A DNA stretch of 59,424 nucleotides, taken from the IMG/VR virus record IMGVR_UViG_3300048772_000090, positions 1 through 59,424 of that record. One strand, given 5' to 3'. Below the pieces are notes generated by a model. The model saw only the letters and a program-made list of their open reading frames with translations, had not been told where the DNA came from and did no database searches. Source of the stretch: a virus (Duplodnaviria > Caudoviricetes). Shown one piece after another: positions 1 through 10,705 of the stretch. Position 1 is the first letter of the stretch. Each line of letters starts with the position of its first letter. The position numbers and the translations under genes are program-made.

Positions 1-135
1 ACGATTGGATTCGGGATAATGCGCTAAAATGTAGAGTTTCCTAAGAATTTTCACGCCAAAAACGGTTTTAGTGTAAATTGTCGGTAATAAAGTGTCAGAG
101 ATGGAATATAAATTCGCAATTCCTATACTTTATAC

Positions 136-165
136 TTGACACCGCGAAACCAATAGGGATAATAT
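136..165 (+). promoter_or_regulatory. sigma70-like early promoter (TTGACA-18-TAATAT)
   Basis: Perfect -35 upstream of a GGAGG RBS and ATG at 183; same 18-nt architecture at 1364-1393 and 3347-3376. Confidence 0.55.
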
Positions 166-182
166 TAGAGATGGGAGGGAAT

Positions 183-374
183 ATGAAAGATTGGGATGCC
201 TCAGAAGTCGTCCGACTCCGCAAGGAATTAGCCAAGATGCGGCGCAGGAATACCATCGCACAGAAGGCTTATTTTGATGCGGGTACGCCGGAACTTTTTA
301 GAAAAGCGATGGAAACTTACCACGCCGTACAGGTGCTATCCGGGCAGATTCTTTCACTCACACAGCCATCCTAG
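183..374 (+). CDS. hypothetical protein (start at ATG 183)
   Basis: GGAGG RBS before ATG 183; in frame with ORF 78..374. Confidence 0.65.
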   Translation: MKDWDASEVVRLRKELAKMRRRNTIAQKAYFDAGTPELFRKAMETYHAVQVLSGQILSLTQPS

Positions 375-404
375 CCGCTCACCGGCTGGAAGGGGAACAA
401 AGCA

Positions 405-881
405 ATGAGTAAACTCTTAGAGCAAGCGATAGAGAGCGACCGTAAATGTTTTGGCGTCCTGACCGACGCCGAACGGAAACAGGCAACAAGCTGGACTCCT
501 GTAGTCCACAAAACACGTTTCACAGAGTTGGGATTCTGCCACCTATTCGACTTCTGGCAATGCGTAGACCTCACCGGGGATAGACCGGCGCAGGTAGGCT
601 ACCAGTACGCAACCAAGGCCGAACTCCTGGCCAACCTCGAAGCGTATGCAACCGAGTACGGATGCGAGAACGCGAGTCCTAAGCCGCGACAGGATGAGAA
701 CTATGCACGCCTCCTGCGCGTGGCAAAGGAAATTGCAAACAATCCAGCTATTGATCTAGTGGATTCGGAGCTTCGCATTCGTCTGTACTATGCAATTGCG
801 CAGCTAGACCCGGCAGGATTAAAGACCTATCCTGCTACCGTCAACGGTAAACACGTTATGGTAACTATACCGGAGGATTGA
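405..881 (+). CDS. hypothetical phage protein
   Basis: 158-aa ORF with AGGGG RBS, in an operon-like run. Confidence 0.7.
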   Translation: MSKLLEQAIESDRKCFGVLTDAERKQATSWTPVVHKTRFTELGFCHLFDFWQCVDLTGDRPAQVGYQYATKAELLANLEAYATEYGCENASPKPRQDENYARLLRVAKEIANNPAIDLVDSELRIRLYYAIAQLDPAGLKTYPATVNGKHVMVTIPED

Positions 882-1049
882 AATGACTCATCCACATCCT
901 GATAAGCAGCATGTGATTGATTCAGTAAGACGTTACATCCTTTCCGCAGGTCGGAAGTTTACAGGGCGAAGATACGGAACGGCGCGGGCACTCATCCACT
1001 ACCGAGACTTGCTTGCTACTTACGTCACCGCCAAGAGAGAGGTTTAGGG

Positions 1050-1352
1050 ATGATTCGCGCTGTCTCCTACCAGTACCCCGTAAGCACACCGCCGTATATT
1101 CCTGACCCGGAAGTTTATCAGGAATGGATGGATGTTGCGCCCGCACACGTCCTGCACGCTCTGGCTTTTCTTAAGCATGGAGGCCGTCTAGTCTCTGTCA
1201 TGCCGTCGAGTGTGACATTCCGTACCGATACCCTAAACAGGATGGTACGAGCCGCTGTAGAGGCTGGCGGGAGCATCGAAGCATTACCTGAGAATTCTTT
1301 TACTGAGTCGGGAACCAACGTCAACACTGTAATCGTAACTTTGCAAGCCTGA
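1050..1352 (+). pseudogene. C-terminal fragment of a class I SAM-dependent (N6-adenine-type) DNA methyltransferase
   Basis: HVLHALAFLKHGGRLVSVMPSSVTF...LPENSFTESGTNVNTVIV resembles the part after the NPPF motif; SAM-binding and NPPF motifs are absent. Confidence 0.6.
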
Positions 1353-1363
1353 TACTTTTACTC

Positions 1364-1393
1364 TTGACACCTTACCGCCAGTTGTGAAATAGT
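1364..1393 (+). promoter_or_regulatory. sigma70-like promoter (TTGACA-18-TGnAATAGT)
   Basis: Intergenic, upstream of the GGAGG RBS of ORF 1424. Confidence 0.5.
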
Positions 1394-1423
1394 TGTTTTG
1401 TATTCGACCGGGAGGAAACACCG

Positions 1424-2476
1424 ATGCAAGCTAATCAGGAATACGATCTGAGCAAGCCGCTGGCAACCGCTATCAAAGCTAAGGCTCCGTTTGTAGGGAT
1501 TCCCATGCCGGGATATGCGCCGCTCACCCTATGCCGTGCGAAACTCGCAGCGGCATTGAGGGGAGTCAAGCCGTTGGATATTCGGGTGGAAGTCAACGGG
1601 GATACGCGCTGGCTGATAGTCGAGGGAGTGGCAAGCGAAGGACGTGTCAGAACGTGTATGAAGATGATTGCGACTCCTGCCGCGTACTGGAAAACGTATC
1701 AGGGCAAGGAAGCGCTGGCGAAGTGGAAGGAATCGGCCGCACCCAAAGCCAAAGCCGCAAGGGTTCCAAAGCCTAAGAACTTGGATCGTGCTGTAACGAT
1801 GATAAAGCGTCTACAGCGGGAACTTGACGGCATGGGACGCGAGTACACGCTGCGGAATCCTTGCCTGTTAGGGACGCGGAAAGACCCTGAGTACGATCCT
1901 GAGTGGGGTGAGCGCGAGAGTGAGCGTAGGGCGAGGGAAGTGGCAGACTGGCAGGACTACCGGGCCACACGACGCATGAGAACTGAGGTTGGGGCGTTAG
2001 CTCGCCGGAAACGGAATGCGACTAGCCGTGACCTATACAACGCTATGCGTGAGCGCGGATGGGATTTTACCGGATATTCGGAAGTCCGCCAACCAATGAA
2101 AGAGAAATACGCAGGGAGCTACTATTTCTACCTGAAAGAACTATGGCGATTTGTTCGCGGGACAGGATCGCAGTCGTTTATCGAGGTACGGAAGTACCGG
2201 GCGCATCGCGTAAGTGAATCACCTATCCCAACGGAAGACGACCAGTACCCGGTTTGGGGGCCAACACGTTATCAGGTGAAGTTGGATGACATGCGAGCAC
2301 GGCAGAGCCTACAGGCGCAGATTGAAGCGATAGGGGCTGAGGTTCCTGCTGCGCTGATACAGGCCAAGGTGCAACGTCTGGAATCGAAGATGAAGAAACG
2401 CTACTGGCTGAGTGATGCGGAACGAATAGAACTGCAAACCGAACGGCAACAGTTAGAGGCTCAGTTAGCAGCGTAG
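1424..2476 (+). CDS. hypothetical protein
   Basis: 350-aa ORF with GGAGG RBS; no motif recognised. Confidence 0.8.
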   Translation: MQANQEYDLSKPLATAIKAKAPFVGIPMPGYAPLTLCRAKLAAALRGVKPLDIRVEVNGDTRWLIVEGVASEGRVRTCMKMIATPAAYWKTYQGKEALAKWKESAAPKAKAARVPKPKNLDRAVTMIKRLQRELDGMGREYTLRNPCLLGTRKDPEYDPEWGERESERRAREVADWQDYRATRRMRTEVGALARRKRNATSRDLYNAMRERGWDFTGYSEVRQPMKEKYAGSYYFYLKELWRFVRGTGSQSFIEVRKYRAHRVSESPIPTEDDQYPVWGPTRYQVKLDDMRARQSLQAQIEAIGAEVPAALIQAKVQRLESKMKKRYWLSDAERIELQTERQQLEAQLAA

Positions 2477-2972
2477 AGCATACCCCTTCCCTCGGCATTT
2501 AGTACCGTTGGGGAGTCGGACGTAGCAATAAAGTAGTAGACTCTTGATCGAAGAGAGGCGCATTTATGAACCCGTTAGGGATGCCATTAGACGCGGACGT
2601 AGGGGTAGTGACGTATCAATTAACGTCCCGGAGCCGCGATTATGCGCTTGCATTCTTTCATCTGGTGCCTATGTCCAGTAGTCCTTATTACTTAGCAGCC
2701 CGTTGTTTAGTTGGGATCAAAGTGTGCTGCGAACTCACCCTAACCGCTTTCACGGTTACTGTACTCTATTGCCTAAGCAAGATCAGTTTGACATATTCTT
2801 GCGGACATATCAAGATAAATATGCGGGGATGCTCAGAGTCTCTACTGCCTAAGCACCAGCCGATGCTCGCGCAACCCGGCATCTCCCGCATATTTTGCGA
2901 AGCCCCCAAGACCAGTACAGCGGTGTTGGGGGCTTTCAATATCTATAAAATAGTTTTAGGGAGGATAATTGT

Positions 2973-3338
2973 ATGGCAATGTTCCTGAGCGATTGCGGGG
3001 AATACATCCTGATAACCAAGAGTGGGCACGGCTCATCTTACAGTGACGTGTACCTGCGGGATGGCTCTCGCCATTGGGTCCACGATGAGCGCGTGAAGAC
3101 GTGGAAGGATGCGAAGGTTCCACGCAAGGCGTTGCCATTCTGTATCGGTGGTTATTCCTGTACGAAGAACGGCGAGAAGAAGGGAACCTTCACGGTAACC
3201 CTATTAGATTGCAACACTGAGAAAGAGATCGTACCGTGGACTGGCAACACTGTTATCCAGTCGCTTGACGTAAAGTTCCGACGCAAGATTCCATCGAATC
3301 ACTACGCCGCATGGAAGAAAAGATTAGGCATTATGTAA
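2973..3338 (+). CDS. hypothetical protein
   Basis: 121-aa ORF with GGAGG RBS. Confidence 0.7.
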   Translation: MAMFLSDCGEYILITKSGHGSSYSDVYLRDGSRHWVHDERVKTWKDAKVPRKALPFCIGGYSCTKNGEKKGTFTVTLLDCNTEKEIVPWTGNTVIQSLDVKFRRKIPSNHYAAWKKRLGIM

Positions 3339-3346
3339 TTATTATC

Positions 3347-3376
3347 TTGACACTCCGTATCCGAGTATGCAATAGT
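3347..3376 (+). promoter_or_regulatory. sigma70-like promoter (TTGACA-18-TGnAATAGT)
   Basis: Same architecture as 1364-1393. Confidence 0.5.
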
Positions 3377-3615
3377 AGTCGTGGGAGAAATAAGATGAGA
3401 CAGTTTGGAATGTTTGGCGAAGGCGAAGATTACTGCAAGCATGACAATGTACGCGGTTATTGTTCTGAGTGCAGAGCCGAAAAGGAACGGGAAGAGAAGC
3501 AGAAAGCGCATGAATCTTCCGTTGCCAAACAGCGACTCAGATTGAAGGTTCTAGATCGTAGCAATATCGTATCAGGTAAGTAAACGCCATAAAACTTATT
3601 TCCGGGAGGAAGAAA

Positions 3616-4572
3616 ATGGCAACACTCGCAATCAACCCTACTGAGACAGCGGTAACTCCGCTCCCTTACGATCTTCTCAATGTTCCTGACGGATACTGGG
3701 ATCGCGCAACCAACCCTGACCGGCTCCGCGACCTGAAGACTGGTGCGCGGGATATGTTCGCAATTCCCCCATCCATGATCTGCGTGGAAGAGGGGCACAA
3801 CCCCCGTAATTATTCTCTCCCTGAGAATCGCGCTCACTTGGACGAACTCAAGCGTTCCATCGCACAGATCGGTGTCCAGATTCCCCTGCTGGTACGTTTT
3901 GACGTTCCTAGCCCCGGCGAGAAAAAGACAGCGATACTTTTGGATGGAGAATGTCGCTTGCGTGCCGTGCTGGAACTCATCGCGGAAGGAATGGAAATCC
4001 GCTCCGTCCCCGTCATCCAAGTAGAGGGCAAGTCTGAGACCGAGAGGCTCCTGCTCGCCATTACCGCGAACACTGGTAAACCACTCTCCAAATGGGAGTT
4101 GGGCGATGCGTTCCGCCGTCTGCTCCGCTTTGGCTGGTCTGAGTCCGACGTGAGCAAGAAGACGGGATACAATGCTCGCTTTGTCGCTGAGGCGGTGGAG
4201 TTGGCCGATGCGCCGGAGGAGATCAAGCATCTCCTGTCCGAGCAGGCCGTAACGCCCTCCCTTGCCCTTGCCACGCTCCGTACCAACGGCTCAGAAGCTA
4301 CCTCCATCCTGAAAGCGCGGGTAGAAGCTGCCAAGAGTAGCGGACAGAAGACAGCCAAGCGGGACAAGGCTCCTACTACTCCTGCCCCGAAAGAGGCAAA
4401 GGCGAAGACAGAGAACGTCTCGAATCTCGTCCTCTACGCCGCTGAGGAGCTTGCCAAGGCCGTGGATGTCTGGATTGAAGACGCGACAGTGGACATGGAG
4501 ATCAAGCTGATTGCGGCGCACAAGGCTTACCGCAAGTTGATTCCTGCTCCGAAACGGGCAAAGGCGGCATAG
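3616..4572 (+). CDS. ParB/Srx N-terminal domain protein with HTH
   Basis: NPR...LDELKRSIAQIGVQIPLLV...LLDGECRLRA ParB-like motifs, then HTH-like GWSESDVSKKTGY; GGAGG RBS. Confidence 0.8.
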   Translation: MATLAINPTETAVTPLPYDLLNVPDGYWDRATNPDRLRDLKTGARDMFAIPPSMICVEEGHNPRNYSLPENRAHLDELKRSIAQIGVQIPLLVRFDVPSPGEKKTAILLDGECRLRAVLELIAEGMEIRSVPVIQVEGKSETERLLLAITANTGKPLSKWELGDAFRRLLRFGWSESDVSKKTGYNARFVAEAVELADAPEEIKHLLSEQAVTPSLALATLRTNGSEATSILKARVEAAKSSGQKTAKRDKAPTTPAPKEAKAKTENVSNLVLYAAEELAKAVDVWIEDATVDMEIKLIAAHKAYRKLIPAPKRAKAA

Positions 4573-5163
4573 CGTGACAGCCACTACCTGCCCACGATGC
4601 GACGGGACACGGATTGAGATAGTCCGTGTCCCGGATATGAAGTCTCATGTAGGGTTTCGCCAGTTCGCGGTACGCTGTGACCACAAGCCGGTTACTCCTA
4701 TCCGAGATGGAAAACTTGCCGCAACAGGAAAGGACTCCTAAAATGACCGAATTGAAGCAACGCGCCCTAGCCGTAGCGTTACGCGAGCATCAAGAGGAGG
4801 CGCGTAAGGAATACAACTCAGATAAAGCAAAGTTGTGGAGCGATATTGCCAAATTGGAAGAGCGGCAAAAGAAGGACGCCGGACTTGAGCGGCTGCTGTG
4901 CGCCGTGCTGTTCGAAGAGGGGGAGCCAAATTGAGCAATAGTCTAGCAGTATTGGAACTGGTAGCAGCGGCAGAACTGGCCGCGCTGGAGATGCCTAAGA
5001 CTCTCATTTCGAGAATGCGCCTCATCAGAGCCGCCGCAGCGGTCAAGGCGGAAGAGTCGCAGACGCATAGTTTTGCGCCATCCGATTGGGGAGCGACCGG
5101 AGAACATTGCCGCGTATGCTCTGAGCCATGTAATGCACCAATCCACCAGAAAGGAGTCAAATC

Positions 5164-5460
5164 GTGAAGAACGAATGGACTGCGGACGAATTGCTGCGAG
5201 CGAATGAACAGGTACTCGCCGCAACCGAAACGAAGCTCGCTAAATTGAAGAGGCGGCATACGGACGCGGTATACGAAGCAACTGAGGATGTTGCCATCGA
5301 GCTTGCCTGCCAGCGGAATCGCGCTCTCGCCGCGTTGGAAGAACTGGTTGCACTTGTCCGAGGGGAATGTCCAAGTCTTCTTAATGAGGACAGTGGCGGA
5401 GACGCGAAGCTTTCTATGGAGATCGACGCGGCCATCGCCGCCTGCAAGGAGGGAAAATGA
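5164..5460 (+). CDS. hypothetical protein, paralog of 20641..20928
   Basis: Shared ELACQRNR and DAAIAAC blocks. Confidence 0.65.
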   Translation: MKNEWTADELLRANEQVLAATETKLAKLKRRHTDAVYEATEDVAIELACQRNRALAALEELVALVRGECPSLLNEDSGGDAKLSMEIDAAIAACKEGK

Positions 5461-5864
5461 CCCTCGACCCCGCCATTCACGCAGTTTGCATTCATGGCCT
5501 CAGAATTGTGCTGGAATGCTACGGTCTGTTCTGCCTGAGTATCGTCACGCTGGGTCTGCTGTTAGCAGGGAGATACATTCTGCCTGCAATGTGGCAGATG
5601 ATTTGGAGGCGCAAATGATCCGCATAATACTGATTGCATGGGCCGTGCTGTCCATCCCCACCGCATTCGGGCTGTATCAATTATGCCGCGTCAGTGGGCA
5701 AAGCAGCACCAGTGAACCTGAAGAGAAACGAGGCAAGCGATGATCCACTTTATCACCACGTTCGCCCACGACAACCCGGCAGGATTCATGTTCTGCTCTC
5801 TCTTGATCGTCCTGTTCGTCGTTATGCTTGTCTGTGAATGCCGCATAGAGGGAAGGATGCCGAA

Positions 5865-6134
5865 ATGAGTAAATCTAAGGGAGAGGTACAGAAGTTTATC
5901 GACGTTCTGAAAGAGGCTGGCTACGAGCCTGAGAGCTACAGTGGACGCAATATGTATGGCAAGTGCTGCGTCTCTGTTAACAACGCTATATCGTCATGGG
6001 AGATCGCTCGCGCTCTCTGGCTCAACAATTTCGACTCAGACGACTTAGACATTCCTGAGCCGCGACAGGATCAGTTGGGACTTGGGATCGTCCTGTACTG
6101 GCCGTCTTACGAATGGCCGAAGGAAGAGGAGTAG
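5865..6134 (+). CDS. hypothetical phage protein
   Basis: YSGRNMYGKCC...DQLGLGIVLYWP; start MSKSK after AAGGA. Confidence 0.65.
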   Translation: MSKSKGEVQKFIDVLKEAGYEPESYSGRNMYGKCCVSVNNAISSWEIARALWLNNFDSDDLDIPEPRQDQLGLGIVLYWPSYEWPKEEE

Positions 6135-6575
6135 CTATGGAGCGCATCGTCTTCACGCATGGCATGGCGGCACGGGAGACCGATAGGTCAGGTAGCTGGA
6201 GCGAGATCGACTGTGAGCCTGTCCCGCTTATCCTTGGAGAGTTGACGTTGAGTATGGGACTCGCCGCCGACCAGATCGCATGGGACACACAACGCTTTAT
6301 GAGGTACATCAAATGGAGACATGTATGAGCAATCTTTCGCTGTCCTTGTCTATTGGAGGAGTCGTATTCCTCGCGCTTATGTCCTACTTGTTCCGCAGCA
6401 AGCCGCAACATATGATGCTTGGAGAGTGGCGGGAGCGGATGAAGAAGTTGGACACTGAGAAGCCGCTAAAGTCTAGGATCGAAGGCAAGCCGGGAGTATC
6501 AAGTTCAGTAAAGGTTCGGAAAGAGAAGAAGGTTGTTGCTATTCGGAAGACAGTTAACCAGTAAGGGAGAAGACA

Positions 6576-6959
6576 ATGAAAACCAATAAAGCAAAGCACG
6601 ATGGAATGATTCGTGGGTTCTACCACCTCGCAGAAGCATGGTACGCGGACGCCAACCTTACCAACCGATACGATGGTCTGATTGACGAAGTAACGATCGG
6701 TTTCTACGGTCCTGACGGAGATCAGGGAACATCGGGAGAATTCGCCGTAAAATGGAAGCTCTTGGGCGGTAAGCTGACTCCACAACTCTGCGTCTATGAC
6801 GAAGCCTGGGATGCCCTGACTCACTTCTCAGACCTATTGGCGGAGATGGCAAAGCTCGACAAAATTAGTCCTTCTCCGGCAGAATTCTGCGAACTCCTCA
6901 AGCGGCTAGGGATTAAAGACCTCACTCCCAGGGACTCCTCTGTGAAGGAGAAGAAGTGA
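6576..6959 (+). CDS. hypothetical protein
   Basis: 127-aa ORF with GGGAG RBS. Confidence 0.7.
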   Translation: MKTNKAKHDGMIRGFYHLAEAWYADANLTNRYDGLIDEVTIGFYGPDGDQGTSGEFAVKWKLLGGKLTPQLCVYDEAWDALTHFSDLLAEMAKLDKISPSPAEFCELLKRLGIKDLTPRDSSVKEKK

Positions 6960-7259
6960 GCATTTTCCGATTCATCTTAGGGTTCCTCGCCATCTTTGCC
7001 CTAGCCTTGCTGTTGGGATGGGCAGAGAGTAGAGTCAAGCATCCTGCCGCTCAGACCTATCTTTTCCTTAGCGCAATCGCTGTATTGCTTATTATGGGGT
7101 GGTGCTTTTGACTCCCTTCTTCAGATTCTTCGTCGGGTTCTTTATTGCCATTTGCCTAGCTGTCCTTATCGGCTGGACTAGGGTATATCCTGCCCGCCAC
7201 CCTGTTCTACTCTGGACAGGAGTAATTGTTGTCCTAATTCTCGTGAGGTTATATTTCTG

Positions 7260-7574
7260 ATGCCAGTCAAGCAAATTACTAAAACAGTCTTCGAATGTAC
7301 CTGCTGCTATCCTGAATGCCCGCACCACACTAAGCCGTGGTTCGCAGACGCTATTCCTGAACGCTGTGCAGGATGTAAGCGAAGGACTTGGAATAGACCT
7401 GCTCGCATATCATCAAGAGAGCCGCTTACTTTCAACGGAGAGACGCTCTCGATAGCTCAGTGGTCACGAAAGTTAGGGCTGGCGAAGACTACAATCCCGT
7501 GGAGGATCAAACAGGGATGGCCGATGGAGCAGGTTTTGACCAATGAGGACTGGAGATTCAAGGAAGAGAGCTAA
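7260..7574 (+). CDS. zinc-ribbon protein with C-terminal HTH-like DNA-binding segment
   Basis: CTCC/CAGC pairs; FNGETLSIAQWSRKLGLAKTTIPWRIKQGW resembles C-termini of phage HNH-associated proteins. Confidence 0.6.
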   Translation: MPVKQITKTVFECTCCYPECPHHTKPWFADAIPERCAGCKRRTWNRPARISSREPLTFNGETLSIAQWSRKLGLAKTTIPWRIKQGWPMEQVLTNEDWRFKEES

Positions 7575-7576
7575 CC

Positions 7577-7948
7577 ATGAGCTATTTCGAGGATCAATAT
7601 GATGAATGGATGTCGAACGATTGCCAAGGCAACCTAGAGGACTACGGCGATGGGTTGTCCTATGTAGAGGAGAAGAAGCCTTACACTCCTCCGCCCAATA
7701 AAGTTCGTACCTCAGCTTACGGTCGCAGCCGGTCGTTACTGGCTATGTCTAAATTGGAAGAGTTCGCGGAGTGGGCAGTCAAAGATGGGTTTACACGCGA
7801 ACCCACTAAGGGAGAATACGAAGTCCTGCGGCTCCGCTGGCCGAAGATGCAGCCATTCATCTACTTCAGGAGGACAGGAGCGCAACATGCTACTAGCCAA
7901 GCCGAAGGGACACAACTCGTAGCACGTTGGCTGAAGGGAACGGGATGA
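7577..7948 (+). CDS. hypothetical protein
   Basis: 123-aa ORF coupled to its neighbours. Confidence 0.65.
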   Translation: MSYFEDQYDEWMSNDCQGNLEDYGDGLSYVEEKKPYTPPPNKVRTSAYGRSRSLLAMSKLEEFAEWAVKDGFTREPTKGEYEVLRLRWPKMQPFIYFRRTGAQHATSQAEGTQLVARWLKGTG

Positions 7949-8161
7949 TTAAGAACGTAACTATTCCTGCTCGCCTAGCTCATTGCGAAGTGTGCCAGTA
8001 CGAGTGGATCACGATTCTCGAACCGCCTAGACTACCGTCAACGTGCCAGAACCGGGAGTGCCGGTCGCGGGAGTGGAACGGCAAGAAGGAACGAAAGATG
8101 CCAGAAGCAAAGCCGGTAGTTATCCTGCCGAAGCCAAAAAAAGTACGCAAGGGAGAAGACT

Positions 8162-8638
8162 ATGACTTCTAAAGAAATCCGTGAGATGGATATTCTCGAC
8201 AGTAGGAATGGAAGCGCTCCATGCCTAGAGCTACAGGTTATTCTATTTCGCGAGATAGCAGCGCAACTCGCGGAGTTAAATGAGGGGATCAGGCTCCTAG
8301 CTCCTGAGCCTTTGTGTCGGCGATGTGACGGCCAGGGGTGGATATGTATCCACTGCGACAAAAGTCTAACCAAGTGCGAGTGTCCTGAAGACGGAAGCCA
8401 AAATCCTGCCTTATGCGATAGATGTGGAGTGGGCACTGTTAATCCAGAGCCGCAGGAACCGGAATACTCCGACGAAGATATAGTGAAAGAAAATAATCGT
8501 CACGCAGATGCTATGGCACAGCCTGTTAGCGATCCTGATAAGTTCACCCGCTGTGATATATGCGAAAAGGAAGTTCCACGTCCTTCCGGTTGCTCTGTTG
8601 GTGAACCCATAATATGTGACTACTGTATCCCGTTCTAG
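8162..8638 (+). CDS. Cys-rich zinc-finger protein
   Basis: Multiple CxxC pairs. Confidence 0.6.
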   Translation: MTSKEIREMDILDSRNGSAPCLELQVILFREIAAQLAELNEGIRLLAPEPLCRRCDGQGWICIHCDKSLTKCECPEDGSQNPALCDRCGVGTVNPEPQEPEYSDEDIVKENNRHADAMAQPVSDPDKFTRCDICEKEVPRPSGCSVGEPIICDYCIPF

Positions 8639-8864
8639 TGGAGAGAAAAGTGTCTAGGAAATACACGCGATTGGAGCAACGGCGTTACAGAGAAAAGCGC
8701 AGGGAACAAGCTGCTCATGTAGCTGAGAGGCTGATGGGAAGGAAGAAAGTAACTTTTCCACTAGATAACGATGATGTGGTTTCACCTTTACTATATCAAC
8801 CACAATCATGGAATATGTATGGTAAAAACCCACGGAGTAGTATTTATATGGGAGGAATTTTGAC

Positions 8865-9560
8865 ATGACTGAAGCAGTGAGTTACCTCAGAGTATCGAGT
8901 GAAGGACAAATATCTGGGGATGGATTTCCGCGCCAACGGGAGAAGATTCAGTCCTATGCCACTCAGAACGCCATCTCGATCCTAGAGGAGTTCCGTGACG
9001 AAGGCGTAACAGGGAAGATGGAACTTGAAGGGCGAGAGGGGCTTTCCAAGTGCCTAGAATACGTTCGGGTGCATGAGATAAAGATTGTGTTAATCGAAGA
9101 CTCGACGAGACTTGCGAGAGATATGATCGTGTCTGAGGTTGTGATCCGAGAGTTCCAGAAAATTGGGGTTCACGTTATCTCTGCCTCTGGAGGAGTAGAC
9201 CTCACAGAAGGCGACGACTCTAATCCTACCGCGAAATTGATTCGTCAGATACTAGCAGCGGTAAGCGAGTTTGATAGGTGCTGTATTAATATCAAGCTGC
9301 GCGTGGCTAGGGAGAGAAAGCGTGCAGCTACCGGAAAATGCGAAGGAAGAATTAGGTATGGAGAAAAGCCAGGTGAAGACACCGTGCTCCACCAGATGCG
9401 CTCACTAAAGGCGGCAGGACTCTCTTGCGACAGGATTGCAGACGCTCTCAACGCCAATGGAGTTCCTGCCCGTGGTACTAAAAAGAAGACGGGGCCGTGG
9501 CTTGGATGCACTATTGCTAGAATCCTGAAGCGGGAGGCGACATCATGCGAGACTACATAG
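8865..9560 (+). CDS. serine recombinase (resolvase/invertase family)
   Basis: YLRVSS catalytic motif, DEGVTG, TRLARD, C-terminal recombinase-type IADALNANGVP. Confidence 0.9.
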   Translation: MTEAVSYLRVSSEGQISGDGFPRQREKIQSYATQNAISILEEFRDEGVTGKMELEGREGLSKCLEYVRVHEIKIVLIEDSTRLARDMIVSEVVIREFQKIGVHVISASGGVDLTEGDDSNPTAKLIRQILAAVSEFDRCCINIKLRVARERKRAATGKCEGRIRYGEKPGEDTVLHQMRSLKAAGLSCDRIADALNANGVPARGTKKKTGPWLGCTIARILKREATSCETT

Positions 9561-9689
9561 AGCAGTCCGACGTGGATGTTGCCACGCTGAAATCAAAATC
9601 TAAGGATTTTGTTGAGGACAACATCGCAAACCCGACCACCATGGATTACTTGATAATCGAGAGTGCGATGTTGATAGGGGCACTAACAG

Positions 9690-10265
9690 CTACTGCACAA
9701 CTGGAGCGTCCTGAGACGCCGCAGGATCGGGAATAGAGAACAGAGGAGCCTTCTTCTTCTCCTGTAAAACTCTCGCAAATTCTGCGAGATCGCGTTTCCA
9801 TATACCATTTCTCTGAACAATCTCATAAAACTCGGCTACGTCGTGAGATCGTAACCGGAACAGATAGCGACCTCGCTCATCCACCTCATGCTCCCCAGTC
9901 TCATCGTTGTATGTCGGGGCGGCATGTGTCATCTCATGGTCGATCAGAGCTATCCGCTGCTCTTTTGTGACCGTTGGTTCATCGTAGAACTCGCGGTTAA
10001 GAACAATGATAAAGTCGTAGTCGGCGTACTCACGGTACAGGTCTGAAACCTTTACGCACTTGCCAAGGACAATGTGACCGTCCTTGTCGGCCTTGGTTCT
10101 CAGCCGCCACGCCATTGCGATCCGTGCTTGCTTTGTGGAACCATGGTGCATATCCCGGACTTCCTTCAGCAGTTTGTACGGCTCAGGAATCTTCCCGTGT
10201 GCGTCCTGCTCAGGGATGAGGAGGAAATTGACCTTTTTCCCGGTTTTGATTTTCTTGGATGGCAT
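9690..10265 (-). CDS. putative phage metallopeptidase
   Basis: LIDHEMTH zincin motif and downstream HDVAEF. Confidence 0.75.
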   Translation of the reverse strand: MPSKKIKTGKKVNFLLIPEQDAHGKIPEPYKLLKEVRDMHHGSTKQARIAMAWRLRTKADKDGHIVLGKCVKVSDLYREYADYDFIIVLNREFYDEPTVTKEQRIALIDHEMTHAAPTYNDETGEHEVDERGRYLFRLRSHDVAEFYEIVQRNGIWKRDLAEFARVLQEKKKAPLFSIPDPAASQDAPVVQ

Positions 10266-10276
10266 GTGTTCTCCCG

Positions 10277-10705
10277 TTATGAAGTGGTTGCGGCGATGAA
10301 GAGCCTACGTTTGAAGATAGCGCGTTGTGCAGGTTCTGGCAAGAGATTTATCTCGTCTACGAATATGGGGCAACTAGGACTCACAACGTAAATACCCTTC
10401 ATCGTAACGACCACTGGAGTCATTACATCCTCTCCCTCTAGCTCTTGCCCTAAAAGACGTTTGGCCACAACTTCAACGTGGCTTATCCCGTTGTACAATC
10501 TCCAATGCAGTTTGATGATACGCTTCTGATCCTCTTCCTTGGCGATGATGACGGCGAAACGACCGTTTGGATACCGCTCTTCAGCATACTTCAACAACTC
10601 AGTCGTCTTCCCAGAGCGGGGAGGAGCCGTAACCACGATCCTGCCGCGACTCCGTAAGAGTCGAGCGATGTCTTCGGCGGTTTCGGCTGTTTCGTAGTAG
10701 ACCAT
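10277..10705 (-). CDS. small P-loop NTPase-like protein (tandem paralog A)
   Basis: Start MVYYETAETAEDIARLLRS at 10705; APPRSGKT Walker A-like and IFVDE Walker B-like. Confidence 0.65.
   Translation of the reverse strand: MVYYETAETAEDIARLLRSRGRIVVTAPPRSGKTTELLKYAEERYPNGRFAVIIAKEEDQKRIIKLHWRLYNGISHVEVVAKRLLGQELEGEDVMTPVVVTMKGIYVVSPSCPIFVDEINLLPEPAQRAIFKRRLFIAATTS

Noticed and set aside
3457-4367. Long antisense ORFs opposite the ParB-like gene (similar cases at 18161, 18653, 28460, 34458)
   Set aside because: Shadow frames of motif-bearing genes on the other strand.
8865-9560. Serine recombinase as an integrase with att sites or an invertible segment
   Set aside because: At 231 aa it is too short for a large serine integrase, and no flanking att or inverted sites were recognised.
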